DNA of 63,912 nt, filler included, from Octopus bimaculoides (GCF_001194135.2; 4 parts of 4 records of this genome joined end to end with filler, not necessarily neighbours in it); one strand, 5' to 3'. Numbered from the whole stretch's first letter, positions 1 to 13,131 are shown. A program made the numbers and translations. The notes: generated by a model not told the origin, from the letters alone.

Positions 1-432
1 GGGTGATCTTTAAAGGAATTATTTCCGGACGCAAAACCGCAGCTTATGCCGTTTAACGTTAAGTATGTGGTGTTGATTATGTTTCTTTGTTCTTTGTTTT
101 GTTTTTTTGGTTTGTTTCTTAGTTGTAGTTTTTTCAAAAAATGTGGAAAACGAAGCATTAGCCGAAAGAATTAATTTAACCCTTTCGAGAACCAAGGTTG
201 TGAGGAACATCCGGAATAAAGGTGTCGGTTCAGTGAAGAGCGCAAATTTGATCAATAGCCGCAACCAGAACACAGCAACCAACGGCGTACTGAACCAATA
301 AAATCTCGGCTTGGATTCATCTGCCATGAAGAAGTGGAATGTCATTCCGGAAAATAGTTAAAATGTGTTTGTTTGTTTGTTTTGTTTTTGTTTTTGTTTT
401 GTTTGCTTTTTGCTTCTCGACGTTCAAAGTAG

Positions 433-466
433 AGAAATACTTGATGGCTTTGATCTTTGTGTACAG
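433..466 (+). CDS. Candidate 34-bp internal exon (EILDGFDLCVQ)
   Basis: T-rich tract then tandem AAG/TAG acceptor, open frame, strong donor CAG|GTGAGA at 467. No protein family recognised. Confidence 0.25.
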
Positions 467-849
467 GTGAGAAAAGTGGACACTTGCAGCCGACACGAAA
501 TGAAGAATCCTTATGTTCGAAGATTACTGTTTCAGAAGAATGAAATACTTGTCACATGCAGAACCCAATACTAGCAATTTTTGTTAGGTAGCAAAGTACC
601 GAATGTGCTGGTAAATAGGCATTACTATTCATAATAGTGAAATTACCGAACGTTTGCCTGGTATAGAGATATATCCGACCTTAAATTCATTCTGCAGAGC
701 ACCGTCGCAGAAGGGTGAAGAAGGAAAAAAGGCCAGATAAAAAGACGTTCTGGTCCGACATCAAGAACCAGATAGTTTGCAACATTTTCGCGTGTGTAAA
801 AGGGTAGGGATTGGCAGTGATTACTGACATTTTCAGAGTACTTCAATGG

Positions 850-863
850 CACCCTAGCAACAG
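850..863 (+). promoter_or_regulatory. RFX X-box-like motif CCCTAGCAACAG (852-863), with reverse CCAAT at 810-814
   Basis: Motif match only, in a non-repetitive region. Confidence 0.2.
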
Positions 864-1570
864 GTTTCGTCAGTCAATAGAGTACGTGATGATAATATAC
901 CTAACGAAACTCAAGTCAATATTTTAATAAATTGTTAAGTCGCAGTACCAAACTGTAAACAACTGGATCGTTGTAAACACTGCAAGTATTAATTGATTTT
1001 ATTTCCTTTAGAATCGTTTACAAAGGAGAGAACGTTGACACTCAGATGATTTACCCAAATAAACAAGATTCACGTCATCACGAGTACCTTTAAGCTCTTC
1101 ATCATTATAAAGTTAGCATGAATTTTTAAAGCCTCCCAGCTAAGAAATATCTAATTTATATTTTAATCAAATATTGTGTGTCGTACAGCAAGAGGTAAAA
1201 AAGCCAGCATACACGGACTTCCACTCCTTGGTTGAAGCCATTTTATATCATCGAGTACAACAACCACAGCCGTAAGGATAGGCATGGGCATCTCGACATC
1301 CGTAAAGAAAGCATGAGACAGTGTGTCTCGCAAAAGGAAATCAATATTTTCATGTGATAGTTTGCTTTAAACAAATAATTAACTACTTGTACTATCGTGA
1401 GTGAAGATCGCAGTAAAGTAGAGAAAAACTAATCTTTATTTCTTCATCTTCTTCAATTCTCTTACATCACCTGGTGCTTATTCTTTATTAAGAAAGTTAA
1501 ATAACTTAATTTAAACAGTGATTGATAATCTCTCTCGATAAAAGTTAAAGAATTAGACGTCGTTAACTCT

Positions 1571-1664
1571 AAACAATATGGAATAAACGATTCACAAGAA
1601 GTTGTCAAATGTCTGCGACAAACAATATGGAATGAACGATTTAGAAGAAGTTCTCAAATGCCTA
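1571..1664. repeat. Two diverged 49-bp direct repeats
   Basis: AAACAATATGGAAT.AACGATT..AAGAAGTT.TCAAATG starts at 1571 and again at 1620. Confidence 0.8.
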
Positions 1665-1833
1665 TAACTTTTAGTAATGTTCTTACAACCAGAACTGACG
1701 GATTCGACTGACTAATGGTCAACCTATCGCGATTTAAATAGTTTCTATCCTGGGACCAACACAGAACTATTATGTTACTGACCGAAACATTGCACTTCAT
1801 AGACTGGCTATTTAAATGTGTAATTTTCGAAAA

Positions 1834-2020
1834 GGGGAATTTTCGAACCTGGGTTCTCATTCCTAAAGTATTTTTCGATATTATTATTATTATTACTATT
1901 ATTATTCAGGTTACTGCTTGGAATCGAACTCGGAATCTTGGGATTAGTAGCCAGCGCTCTTAACCACTACGCCATATCCCCGTGGGCAAATATCCGTCAA
2001 ATGTAAATAATGTAAATAAT
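1834..2020. mobile_element. SINE family F, rearranged copy: 5' half on minus (1834-1987) fused to 3' tail on plus (1988-2020)
   Basis: Minus strand has A-box TGGCGTAGTGG, B-box GAGTTCGATTCC and (AAT)n. The plus-strand tail AAATATCCGTCAAATGTAAATAA matches the tails of the 11544 and 32273 copies in opposite orientation. Confidence 0.8.
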
Positions 2021-2102
2021 ATATTAATTCCTCATGTCTTAAATATAGAACTGTATAAAGATGAAGGTATTTTGAAATATTGGTATGTAGGTATGTTGAG
2101 GA

Positions 2103-2182
2103 ATCGATCAGGGTTATGGAGAGTTCAGGCTGTGCATTATCGATCAGGGGTATGGAGAGATCAGGTTGGGCATTATCGATCA
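2103..2182. repeat. 36-bp minisatellite, about 2.2 copies
   Basis: ATCGATCA recurs at 2103, 2139 and 2175 with conserved TATGGAGAG.TCAGG.TG.GCATT between. Confidence 0.85.
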
Positions 2183-3239
2183 CATTATTATCAAAACAAT
2201 ATTGATTTCTAGTATTTCCGTAAGATCTGGCATTTCCGTGTTTATTATTTATTTAACTAGTACTTCCTTTTATGAGGCCTCATAAGGATGAAACGCAATA
2301 CTGTCCTGACCTCGACGGTATTTGAACTCAGAACGTACTTCACTGTAACTAAATACCTTAATTTTTGTATCTCGGAGCGGGGTGTCATTATTACCATAAT
2401 GACTGCCTGGTTCTATTTTATTTCTTTATTATTTAACAATTGGTTAACTATTTAACCAATTAACTAATCGATTGCTTGATGTTTCAGCACACGAGTTTGC
2501 TTGAAAATTTTTTGCAAACCTAATACAAAAACGAAATAAATACCCAAAACATAATTCTACCGAAACTGCAAATCCGCCACCCTTATACAATATATTATCA
2601 GCACGTGTTTTATCGACGTTGGCAAAATCCAGCTAGGAAAGAGAATAATATTCCCGAATTTAGCCTTGCTTTCTGTCATATCTGTCACTAACCTGATCTC
2701 CTTCTAAACAAATGATGATAGCAGCGAAGTTTTAATTAGAACACTTTAAAACCAAGGCAACTAAAATAAAAATGACAAAAAAATTTAGAAAGACATTAAA
2801 AAATTTTTTTTTAAATACTAAATTTATGGATTAAAATGTCGATTATGTGCCATTACCAATTACTAAAAGAATCTTTAATAGAGTAGTTTACAATAATTAC
2901 TAAACTATGGAATTAATTCCAGCAGTGTCTCATTCCATGAAGTGTTAAACTTGTAAATGACTTCAAATTTAGGAATTTTAATATAATTAAGAAATTTTCT
3001 GTTACTTACGCAACGATTTCGACAAACGCAGATTTTTAAAACGCTTCGTTAATAGCAAAACTTATATTATAATTATTAATAATTTAAAATTAATAGGACA
3101 TCATATATTTGCTTGTATGTAGGTATGAGTGAGTGTATGTATGAATGCGTGTATGTATGCATGCATGTATTATGTCTATAAGTATGTATGAATGTATGTA
3201 TGTAAGTATGTATGCATGTATGTATGAATGTATGCAAGC

Positions 3240-3283
<44 letters not shown>

Positions 3284-3535
3284 TGCGTACCCGTGCTATA
3301 TATAGTGAATATAGTGAATGGGGAAAACTTAATCTGCAATGTTTGCAGTCGTGTATGCTTGTCAAGANNNNNNNNNNATATATATATATATATATATATA
3401 CATGAAGGGCTGCTGAAAATTTCCTGGCTTTAAGGGTATTGCGAAAGGCCTGTTTGGAGGATTAAACTTCCTAGTTCTTTTACAGGACTTATAAAAACTG
3501 AAGGACCGCTACAATAAGTGTATGTATGTATGTAT

Positions 3536-3768
3536 GTACTCTTTCACCACAACTTTCTCTCACTCTTACTTCTTGTTTCTGTTGTGCCTGTAATTCAAAG
3601 GGTCAGCCTTGTCAAACTGTGTCACGCTGAATATCCCCGAGAACTACGTTAAGGGTACACGCGTCTGTGGAGTGCTCAGCCACTTGCACGTTAATTTCAC
3701 GAGCAGACTGTTCCGTTGATCGGATCAACTGGAACCCTCGTCGTCGTAAGCGACGGAGTGCCAACAAA
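3536..3768 (+). mobile_element. SINE family D, 3' body
   Basis: Highly similar to the reverse complement of 20800-21050 (GTCTGTGGAGTGCTCAGCCAC...GGATCAACTGGAACCCTCG...GTGCCAACAA). Confidence 0.85.
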
Positions 3769-4659
3769 CACAATCTATGTATCTATCTATCTATCTATCT
3801 ATCTATTTATTTATTTATCTGTCTGTCTGTCTACATATAAATGCATATATAATTATATCTGCGATTAATCAAACCCCCAGACAATATAAAGACGATAGTT
3901 GACAGTTACTACACACCAGTTTAGCGAACACTATTTCTGTACAAGTTAAGATATCAATGCAGCCAGTGTAAAAAAAAACTAATAATAATTAAAGAAACAG
4001 TTTTACTATGCCGTCGTTGCCGCTGTTTATAGAATCAACATGATTCCTGTTACGATACTTAGAACCAAATACTTTGTTTTCAAACAAATCACATCAGTTG
4101 GATATTTGAAGCTCTGACATAGATTTCAGTCATAATTTCATTTTAACTTCATTCTACTGATATGGTATATTTCAACACATAGATGAACATTGTACAGATA
4201 TACCCTTCTGTTACGGAACATAGAAATTACAAGCTAATGAAACAATCATTTTATGCAAAGCTTTCGCAGCTTACTGCAGAACATTTTTACGGAGAGTGGG
4301 GGTTTATTGCACCTACATAAAACGAGCGAGAATGGTAGTATCCGAATCGAATGTTCCTCCTCGCCAAATTTATTATTTTGTACTTATGCAAGAAAGCACG
4401 TTGTCTAGATATCACGGTATTGAACTGACGTAAGATCGTAAGGTCATGGTTTCGATTCCAGGAACAGGCTGTGCGTCATGCTCTCGAAGAATGCATTTCA
4501 TTCCACGTCACTCAAGAGCACTCAGCTAAAAGTGAGTACCAGTAATAGCTGGAGATTAATCCTGCAATAGACTGGCATCTCCTTCAGTGGACAAGTACTG
4601 TACTCATTTATACAGCATGAAACTGGATTACAGTCAAGCCTGTAAGCTCGTAACAGACA

Positions 4660-4692
<33 letters not shown>

Positions 4693-5953
4693 GCATGCAT
4701 ACATACATATATACATACATACATACATACATACATAAAAATATGCATTCATACATGCATACATATATGGCTCCATGCATGTCTACGTGCATACATACAT
4801 TAATACAAAGTGTATGTGTGTGTATGTGTGAATGCGTATATGAGGTGGACATGAAAGCACATAGCCTAGCGGTATAGATGTTGAACTAATCAAAACTTCA
4901 TGGATTCGATTCTTAAGCATGGCGGCATGTTGTATTGTTTAGTAAAACAATACATTTCATGTTGCTCCAATCCATTCAGCAAAAATTCAATACCAGCAAC
5001 CGTTGCGAAGTTAACCATGAGACATACTAACGTATCATTCACTGAAAAAGTACTGTACTCTCAGTTGCTTATACGTCATCGAAATTGGGCTAAATTCCAA
5101 GTAATGAGCTTGTAGCATCGTGACAAAGCTAAGGTTTATGCAAAATAAAAACAGTGCCTCATTAGGATAAGCATCCAGAGATATATAGCAAGTGGTTGAA
5201 TCTGTTTACATATACGTAGACTGAGCTTTTGAGTTTAAGTATTTGGGACAAACATAAAAATGATTTTGCATTAACCTTTCGACTCAACCTTATTCAATTC
5301 TGATAAGATGCGAAATGCTGATAACAAAAATCAGTGTGTGTTCTCTTCAATCAAGTAATTCATCGTACAAACAAAGATATTTGTGCGTCTAAATTACATT
5401 AATTTTCATACACGGAGTAAAATTATTGACGCGCAATCACGGAGCCATAAAACGCCATATTACATTTGATTGTCGCCATTGTTGAGAATATTTCGCAATA
5501 GTTACAATAAATATGCGTGTGAAAAGTGATGATATTTGCGAATAGAAAATATTCTCCTTGTTGTTGTCGTTATTGTTGTAGTTGTAATTTTTGTTGATGT
5601 GGTTGTTCTGGTTGTAGTTGTTGTTGTTGTTGTTGTTGTTGTTGTTATTATTATTATTATTACTATTATTATTTTGAAAGGTGAATTTTCTCCATTCATG
5701 TTCCTTTTTTCATTTTAATCAAACTGTTGTTCTTTCTCTTGTTTTCTTCCTTACAACATAATCCTTAAACACTGTTGCATATATGTATATACACATACAT
5801 ATATACACACATATATATGTGTGTATACATATATATACACATATATATGTATACACACATACATACATGCATACATACACACATATATGCACATATATAT
5901 GTGTGTATGCATATATATATATATGTTTATACATATATATATATGTGTGTATG

Positions 5954-6024
<71 letters not shown>

Positions 6025-7213
6025 AACACGGTACCAAGTAACAATATATCTGTGACTCAGTTATTTTCCTCCTTTAATTTTTTCTTTCATTATCCTTTTA
6101 CACCATACACATACACAATATACATACACACACAACATATGCAATTCACACACATATTCATACATATACATATACATATATACATAAATATACATGTGTG
6201 TGTGGCTCTGGCTGTCGTTTTCGCTTTGCGTGCTGGAAAAAAATTTCAACGTGTTCAAGAAATTCGGGAGATTAATTGGTGTAAAACAAAGCAAATGTTA
6301 TTACTACAGGTTTTTTTTTTTGTGTGTGTGTGTGTGTGTGTGTGTTAATTCCTTTCTTTTTTCAATAAGTTACAATTCGCTTTTTGTGTGTGGAAATGCA
6401 TTTCAACGTCAAATAAACAGGAGGCTGAAAGGCGAGGCAACAGAAAGTCGAGATTGAAAAAAAAAAAAAGAGTAGAAAAATAATGTACTTAAAATTTCTA
6501 ATAAGAAATATAAGTTTTCGTGTTTTGTTTTGTTTTTTTATTGTTGTCGCTGTTGTTGTTGTTTTACTCTTATCCAGAAAAGGATAATTAGTAACGATAG
6601 ACGGGTGTGAAGTCGAATATATTAAAAAATATCGGAGAAAAAAAAATCAAGGAACCGAAGAAAGCAGATACGTGGCTCTGATTTCTTAGTTGCAGTTGTT
6701 GCGTTATCACCGGAACAGAGATGAAGAATAAGAGGAATTCTACAATACACAAGGAATTACATCTCCATTCTACACCATTCTTTTTATATATTCTCTCTTA
6801 ACAAGGTATATTAAATTTGTGAAATTAATCTCCAATTTCTAGAAATTATCTCCCCTTTTTTCTATGTGAGTTACTCAACGGTTTCTGCTATGGCTGAGGT
6901 ATTTAGAATTCCAATGAAATCAGGACTAAATATAATAAATATGTCATCTTGGGCAAGTGACTTTTACTATAGCCCCAGACCGACATAATATATATATAAA
7001 GTTTTCCGACCACATGTTGCCAGACTTTTGGAACCAGCCATTACAAATGTTAGTTATAACATTCATGTAAATGTTGTTAAGATAGGTAGACTTGTACTGA
7101 CATAAATTCGTATAATGTATGATAATGAGGTGAAACCAAGAATGATATTGTGAATGCATTTAATTTTAAACAGAGAAATCTGTTTAGAAACTGACACACC
7201 TGTTGGTTATTAT

Positions 7214-7514
7214 GACGAGGGTCCAGTTTAGCCAAAGAACGGCGCACGCTGCTAGTGAAATTAACGTGAAAGTGGATGAGTGCTCCACAAACACTCGCTC
7301 CCTTAATGTAGTTCTCAGGGCGGTTCAGCGTGGCGCAGATTATGACAAGGCTGGCCTTTTGAAATATAGGTACATCTCATTCTTGCCAGCCGAGTGGACT
7401 GGAGCAACGTGAAATAAAGTGTCTTGCTCAGGGACACAACGCACTGTCAGGAATCGAACTGACGACCTAACGATCGTGATCCGAGTGCCCTTACCATTGA
7501 GTCACGCGCCTTCA
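7214..7514 (-). mobile_element. SINE family D variant with tRNA head plus CORE-like segment
   Basis: Head GGCGCGTGACTCAATGG...AGTTCGATTCC, then GTGTCCCTGAGCAAGACACTTT shared with 62786-62900, then the family D 3' body. Confidence 0.75.
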
Positions 7515-7573
7515 TTTCACATACTCACGCACACANNNNNNNNNNTGAGTCACGCGCCTTCATTTTACATACT

Positions 7574-7620
<47 letters not shown>

Positions 7621-7993
7621 TATAAATATTTAATTTACATATGTGAACCAAGGAAGTGTCCTAAAACTATCACAATCAATCAACAGAAACCGGAAGTCAA
7701 TATATAATCTCATGCTGGAAGGAAGAAACCCAGGACAAGGTTATTATTGTTTCAAACAATTTATTTTCCACTGAAGAAATGGAGGGGAAAAAATGGAGAA
7801 TAGAAGGAACAGAAGGAAGTTAAAAGAATTTAGAAGCCGAAGCAAGGCGGGGTGGTTGTGTTATCGTAACAGAAAGTGAAACGGAAGATGGAAGGAGACA
7901 AAAAAAAAAAGAGTTTTAACGTGATAGTAAAGGGAGGTAATAGATAAGTGACATTTACACGCTATTGCACACACAAACTTCCACATTCATATA

Positions 7994-8201
7994 CAGTAAC
8001 CCATTGACTATCACGCGTGTTGCGTTCCAAAACCCCCGCGATAGGTGCAAATCTGTACTGTACTGTATATTTTTTTTATAAATTTTTATAATTTGTATAT
8101 ATTTATATTATCATATATGCAAGGCAACATCATGGAGGAATCGACGTAAACTTAAATAATAAACCGCGATAGGTGAACCGCGATGTGTCGAGGGATTCCA
8201 G
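7994..8201. mobile_element. Tc1/pogo(Tigger)-like MITE
   Basis: Degenerate TIRs CAGTAACCCATTGACTATCACGCG and CCGCGATGTGTCGAGGGATTCCAG, flanked by TA on both sides. Confidence 0.55.
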
Positions 8202-8599
8202 TATATATTTCAATAACCTTGCTTTCAAAGAGATGTTCCTTGTAAAACTCCTTGATATTATTCTTCTGAATAGTTCAGTTTTCAGAAACTGGTTTTAGTG
8301 ACAGGAATATATAAACTTAATTGTGTTTACTTCAGATATGAGCGAGCAAAGGTGAATTAAGGTGAAGATAGATGGTACAATCCAGGTGATAATTACCTAC
8401 AGCAACCAAGAGGTCCGAAGTTAGAAACAGTTATTCTGTTGGAGGCTGCGTTTAAAGGGGGCAGTGAGCAGCTATTAAGAGGTTCCGTTAGTGAAGCCGT
8501 AATCATATACTTATCTACACTACATACACAGACACACACACACACACACACATATATACATGTGGGGGAGGCGAAGTGTCAGAGTGTTTTTCGCAAGCT

Positions 8600-8765
8600 C
8601 ATGGACCCCTGTTTTACTCTTTCGCACCAACTTTCTCTCACTCTTTCTTCCTGTTTCTTGAGTAACGCTGCGATGGACTGGGGTCCCGTCCAGCTGGAGG
8701 GAACACATACGCCATAGAAACCGGGAAACCGGGCCCATGAGCCTGACTAGACTTGAAAGGGGCGA
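8600..8765 (+). mobile_element. SINE fragment with CTGCGATGGACTGG...CCCGTCCAG core (Nin/V-domain-like)
   Basis: Shares the TACTCTTTC.C..CAACTTTCTCTCACTCT module with family D. The core resembles known SINE central domains (from memory). Confidence 0.55.
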
Positions 8766-8766
8766 A

Positions 8767-8802
<36 letters not shown>

Positions 8803-8999
8803 CGTACATACATGCATATATAGTATTTGTGAATGAATTTTAATTTCCCGTGATTTGTCTAACCGTCGATTCACATTCTCTCTCGCTCTTTCTCTTTCTC
8901 TCCCTCTCACTTCTCTCCTCCTCTCTATCTCTATCTCACTTTCTCTCTCCCTCTCACTCTTTCTCACTATCTATCTCTATCTATCTATCTATCTATCTA

Positions 9000-9104
<105 letters not shown>

Positions 9105-9336
9105 GCATGTATGTATGTATATGTCTGTCTATCTATCTATATATTAATCAAACTGTATATATTACTCCAGACACTAAGTATGCGTTCTTGATGCAATCTA
9201 TATCATGCAATTAAGATCGCAAAAGATACATAGTACACGATCTCTAGACCGCGGCATTGTCACTGTTTCCTGCTTCATCGCTTTTCTTCCTTGTCCTTCA
9301 CTACCAACACCACCACCACCATTACCGTCACTACTA

Positions 9337-9385
<49 letters not shown>

Positions 9386-9586
9386 AACTGCCTCTACTAC
9401 TGTTGCTGTGTTTTCTCTGTCTTCTATTCTATTCTCACTTTGCTCTTATTTTCTCTATCTCTAATGTCATGTGTATGGGAATGTGTTGGTATGTATGTAT
9501 AATCTTGTGTGTATGGTAGCATGGTGCATGCGTATAACATGATTTTTATAATAAAAATATATGGACACAAGTACATACATGCATAC

Positions 9587-9652
<66 letters not shown>

Positions 9653-10202
9653 ATATGTGTATGTATATATGCATGCATGTATGTATGTATGCGTGTATGT
9701 ATGTATGCATACATGTGTGTATGCATGCATGTATGTATGTGTGTTTGTATATTTATTTGTATTTTCATGCGTATATGTGTTTGTGTGCATATATGAGAGA
9801 CAGAGAGTGAGTGAGTGAGTGAGTTTAAATGATGACGAATAAATAGCAGTGCGGTGCATCTAAACTTATGACTAAGTGATGTACTGAAACAATGTCTAGC
9901 TCTAATTATAAGATTTCTATAATCTTGATAAATGCATCCTGCTCAACTTCACCACCACCATCTTCCACGTAGGCGCCGTCACCAATGTCATCATCATCAA
10001 CATCCTCATCATCATTAGCATCATCTATCGCCACCATCATCATCATCATCATCATCAACATTATAGTTCTTTTCTTTTTCTCCTTGTTCTTTATTTCTTG
10101 CTCTATTTTCTGAATAAACGAGCGTGGCTGCATACTTTTGGATACAAAGTATGTTCAATTACTACTACTACTACTACCACCACCACCACCACCACCACCA
10201 CC

Positions 10203-10249
<47 letters not shown>

Positions 10250-10252
10250 CAC

Positions 10253-10376
10253 GGCGGTGAACTGGAAGAATTGTCAGCACTCTGGGAAAAATGCATCATG
10301 GCATTTTGTACGTCTTTACATTCTGAGTTCAAATTCCGCCAAGGTCGTCTTTGTCTTTCATCCTTACGGAGTCGAT
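10253..10376 (+). mobile_element. SINE family A, 5' fragment
   Basis: GGCGGTGAACTGG...TTCTGAGTTCAAATTCCGCC matches other A copies; it abuts the mariner break. Confidence 0.75.
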
Positions 10377-11196
10377 TCACTAAAGCGGCTCTTTTTTTTC
10401 TTCAAAGCTTGGTTCAAACGCTCTAATTGCTGACAGTATACTTCAGCATTGATTGTTGCATCAGGTGGTAACAATTCAAAGTGAAATACTCCTTTGCAAT
10501 CCCAACAGATAGAAAGAAGAATCCTTTTCCCATGAAATTCCCTTCTCAGTTGTGGTTGAGGTTTTTCCCTTTTTACCAAGCCACTGTTTTCGACCTTTAA
10601 CAATTCCATAGAAGATCCATTGTTGGTCACCAGTCACAAGTCTATCCAAAAAGGATGAAATGAGTTCGCGAGAATGGAGAGAAGAGCAGATGTCAACTCG
10701 GGATTTGCAGTTGCTTTCGGACAATTCCTGAGGCACCCATTTTCCAAGTTTAGGAACCTTTCCAAGTTGTTGACGATGAACAGTTGTATGGTTTGAACTA
10801 AGTTCTATTACCAATTCTTCAACTGATAATGTAGGATTTTCTTCAAGTAATGCCTCAAGGAGCTTATCATCAAACTCAGCTGGACGTCCTGTTCGATCTT
10901 CATCTTCAAGGCTGAAATCTCCCCTTCTGAATTTTTCAAACTATCTTCTGCAAGTTCCTTCATTCAAGCATTCTTTCCCATAAACTGAGTGTATGTTTCG
11001 AGTCGCTTTGGCTGCAGAGTTTCCTTTTTTGTACTCATAAAGCATTATGTGCCTCAAATGCACTTTAGATACTTTCGTGTTAGAAAGGGTTTTAATCAAA
11101 GAAATTTTAATTTTATTATTCTGTAAAATAATGTTTAATTAGTTTAAATGTACACAGATGCATAAAAATAATTTTTAATTCCATTAGACAATCTAA
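10372..11196 (-). mobile_element. Truncated mariner transposon (transposase pseudogene)
   Basis: Motifs KWVPQEL, LVTGDQQWIFY and LLSICWDCKGVFHFELLP...INAEVYCQQL. Has an in-frame stop and a frameshift. TIR-like end near 11196; the 3' catalytic part is missing. Confidence 0.93.
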
Positions 11197-11543
11197 AATA
11201 CGAATGAATAAATGAATAAATAAGCAATACACAAATGGACATGCGAACATGAATAAATGTGATTCAAGACGAGCCCATTAGTGTACGGACGGAGGACAAA
11301 GATGAAATACATACATACATACATATATACATACATACATACATGCATGCATACATACATACATACGTACATACATACGTACATACATACGTATGTACAT
11401 AGGTACACTTCGCAGATATCTTTCCATAGACGTAAGGTGGGATCTCAAGATTTAGCTACTTTTCCAAGCAAGTCAATTAGCGGCGCAAAGACAACGTTGT
11501 TAGCTCATTTAAATTGAGTAGTTTTCACAATATATAATTTGGA

Positions 11544-11702
11544 CATTATTTACATTATTTACAATTGACGGATATTTGTCCTCATCTTGTTTGTTGTTAA
11601 CACAACGTTTCGGTTGATATACCCACCAGCCTTCATCGAGTGTCTTGGGGAAATTTCGAACCTGGGTTCTCATTCCTAAGGTATTTTTCGATGTCGTTGT
11701 TG

Positions 11703-11792
<90 letters not shown>

Positions 11793-11793
11793 T
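11544..11793 (-). mobile_element. SINE family F body (own head absent)
   Basis: Colinear with 32273-32436, with an expanded (AAT)n. Preceded on the minus strand by a family-B-like head (11794-11900). Confidence 0.85.
11599..11644 (-). ncRNA. Degenerate minimal hammerhead ribozyme motif (family F)
   Basis: GACAC-UCGAUGA-A-GGCUG-loop-CAACC-GAAA-CGUU-GUGUU; core CU changed to UC and one stem II mismatch. Confidence 0.6.
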
Positions 11794-12547
11794 ATTGACC
11801 AGTTTGCAGCTATTGTAGAAGACACTTACCCAAGATGCCGCCACACACTGGGATTGAACCCAACACCGTATAGTTGCAGGACGAGCTCTTAATCATGCAA
11901 GTATGTTTGTATCTAGATGCGTATTGTAGTCATCACAGTACTGAAATAATACCAAAAATCTTAGTACGGAAGAGTTGAAACTATTTTTCACACTTTTTAA
12001 AATAGTGAAAATATGTTAAACATTTTATTTGGAGCAAGCAAAAAAAGAAGGGTGAATGAGCGAAGGAAAGGAACAATCGATCGATTAATCTAGATACTGA
12101 CTAATATGGATACACCCCCCCACACACACACACACATATACAGATTGTATATAAATACATAAACGTATCCATATACATATCCGTATATATATATATATAT
12201 ATANNNNNNNNNNNNNNNNNNNNNNNNNNNNNNNNNNNNNNNNNNNNNNNNNNNNNNNNNNNNNNNNNNNNNNNNNNNNNNNNNNNNNNNNNNNNNNNNN
12301 NNNNNNNNNNNNNNNNNNNNNNNNNNNNNNNNNNNNNNNNNNNNNNNNNNNNNNNNNNNNNNNNNNNNNNNNNNNNNNNNNNNNNNNNNNNNNNNNNNNN
12401 NNNNNNNNNNNNNNNNNNNNNNNNNNNNNNNNNNNNNNNNNNNNNNNNNNNNNNNNNNNNNNNNNNNNNNNNNNNNNNNNNNNNNNNNNNNNNNNNNNNN
12501 NNNNNNNNNNNNNNNNNNNNNNNNNNNNNNNNNNNNNNNNNNNNNNN

Positions 12548-12615
<68 letters not shown>

Positions 12616-13131
12616 ACCATATATATATGTATATATGTGTGTATGCGTGTCTATATATATATGCATACATACATACACGCGCGCGAGCGCGCACACAGCC
12701 CTGCACGTGTGTGTTTTAATGTAGCTGGAGAGATGCTGGGATTTACAAATAAACCAGAGAAATAAACTAATAGACAGATAGACAGATAGACAGATAGATT
12801 ATATTGATATATTGATTGATAGATCAGATGTCCAAGGGAATAGCTGTCAAATCCCTTACTCGAATAATCCGCTGTTGGGTTTATGTCAGAACTAAGCTTC
12901 TTCACAGATAACTAACCATCATGTATTTATAATCCAAGTGCTAGAATCTATTTTCTCAAAGAAATCAACATCTTTCCAAAGCTGGCAGCTTTGCATATGA
13001 TTGCATTAAGGTGATTTAGTTTGTCTTCAGAATTCTAGTTAAAACTGAAGGTTAGGAAGTTTAGTTTTTAACAGCTCAATACTACAAATACACTGTGCTC
13101 CAAATTATCATCAACATCATTATTATTATTA

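Noticed and set aside
19-345. Minus-strand ORF with MADESKPRFYWF... and a hydrophobic stretch
   Set aside because: No recognised homology or convincing donor site, and the C-terminal part is a T-rich low-complexity artefact. It cannot be excluded without expression data.
1920-1987. tRNA-like sequence (also near 21110-21185, 32440-32507 and 62790-62850)
   Set aside because: Acceptor stems are not restored and each continues into a repeated SINE body; these are SINE heads, not tRNA genes.
7689-7697. Perfect ETS motif ACCGGAAGT
   Set aside because: Its context CAACAGAAAC.GGAAGT matches the family D SINE module at about 20996-21012, so it is probably repeat-derived or chance.
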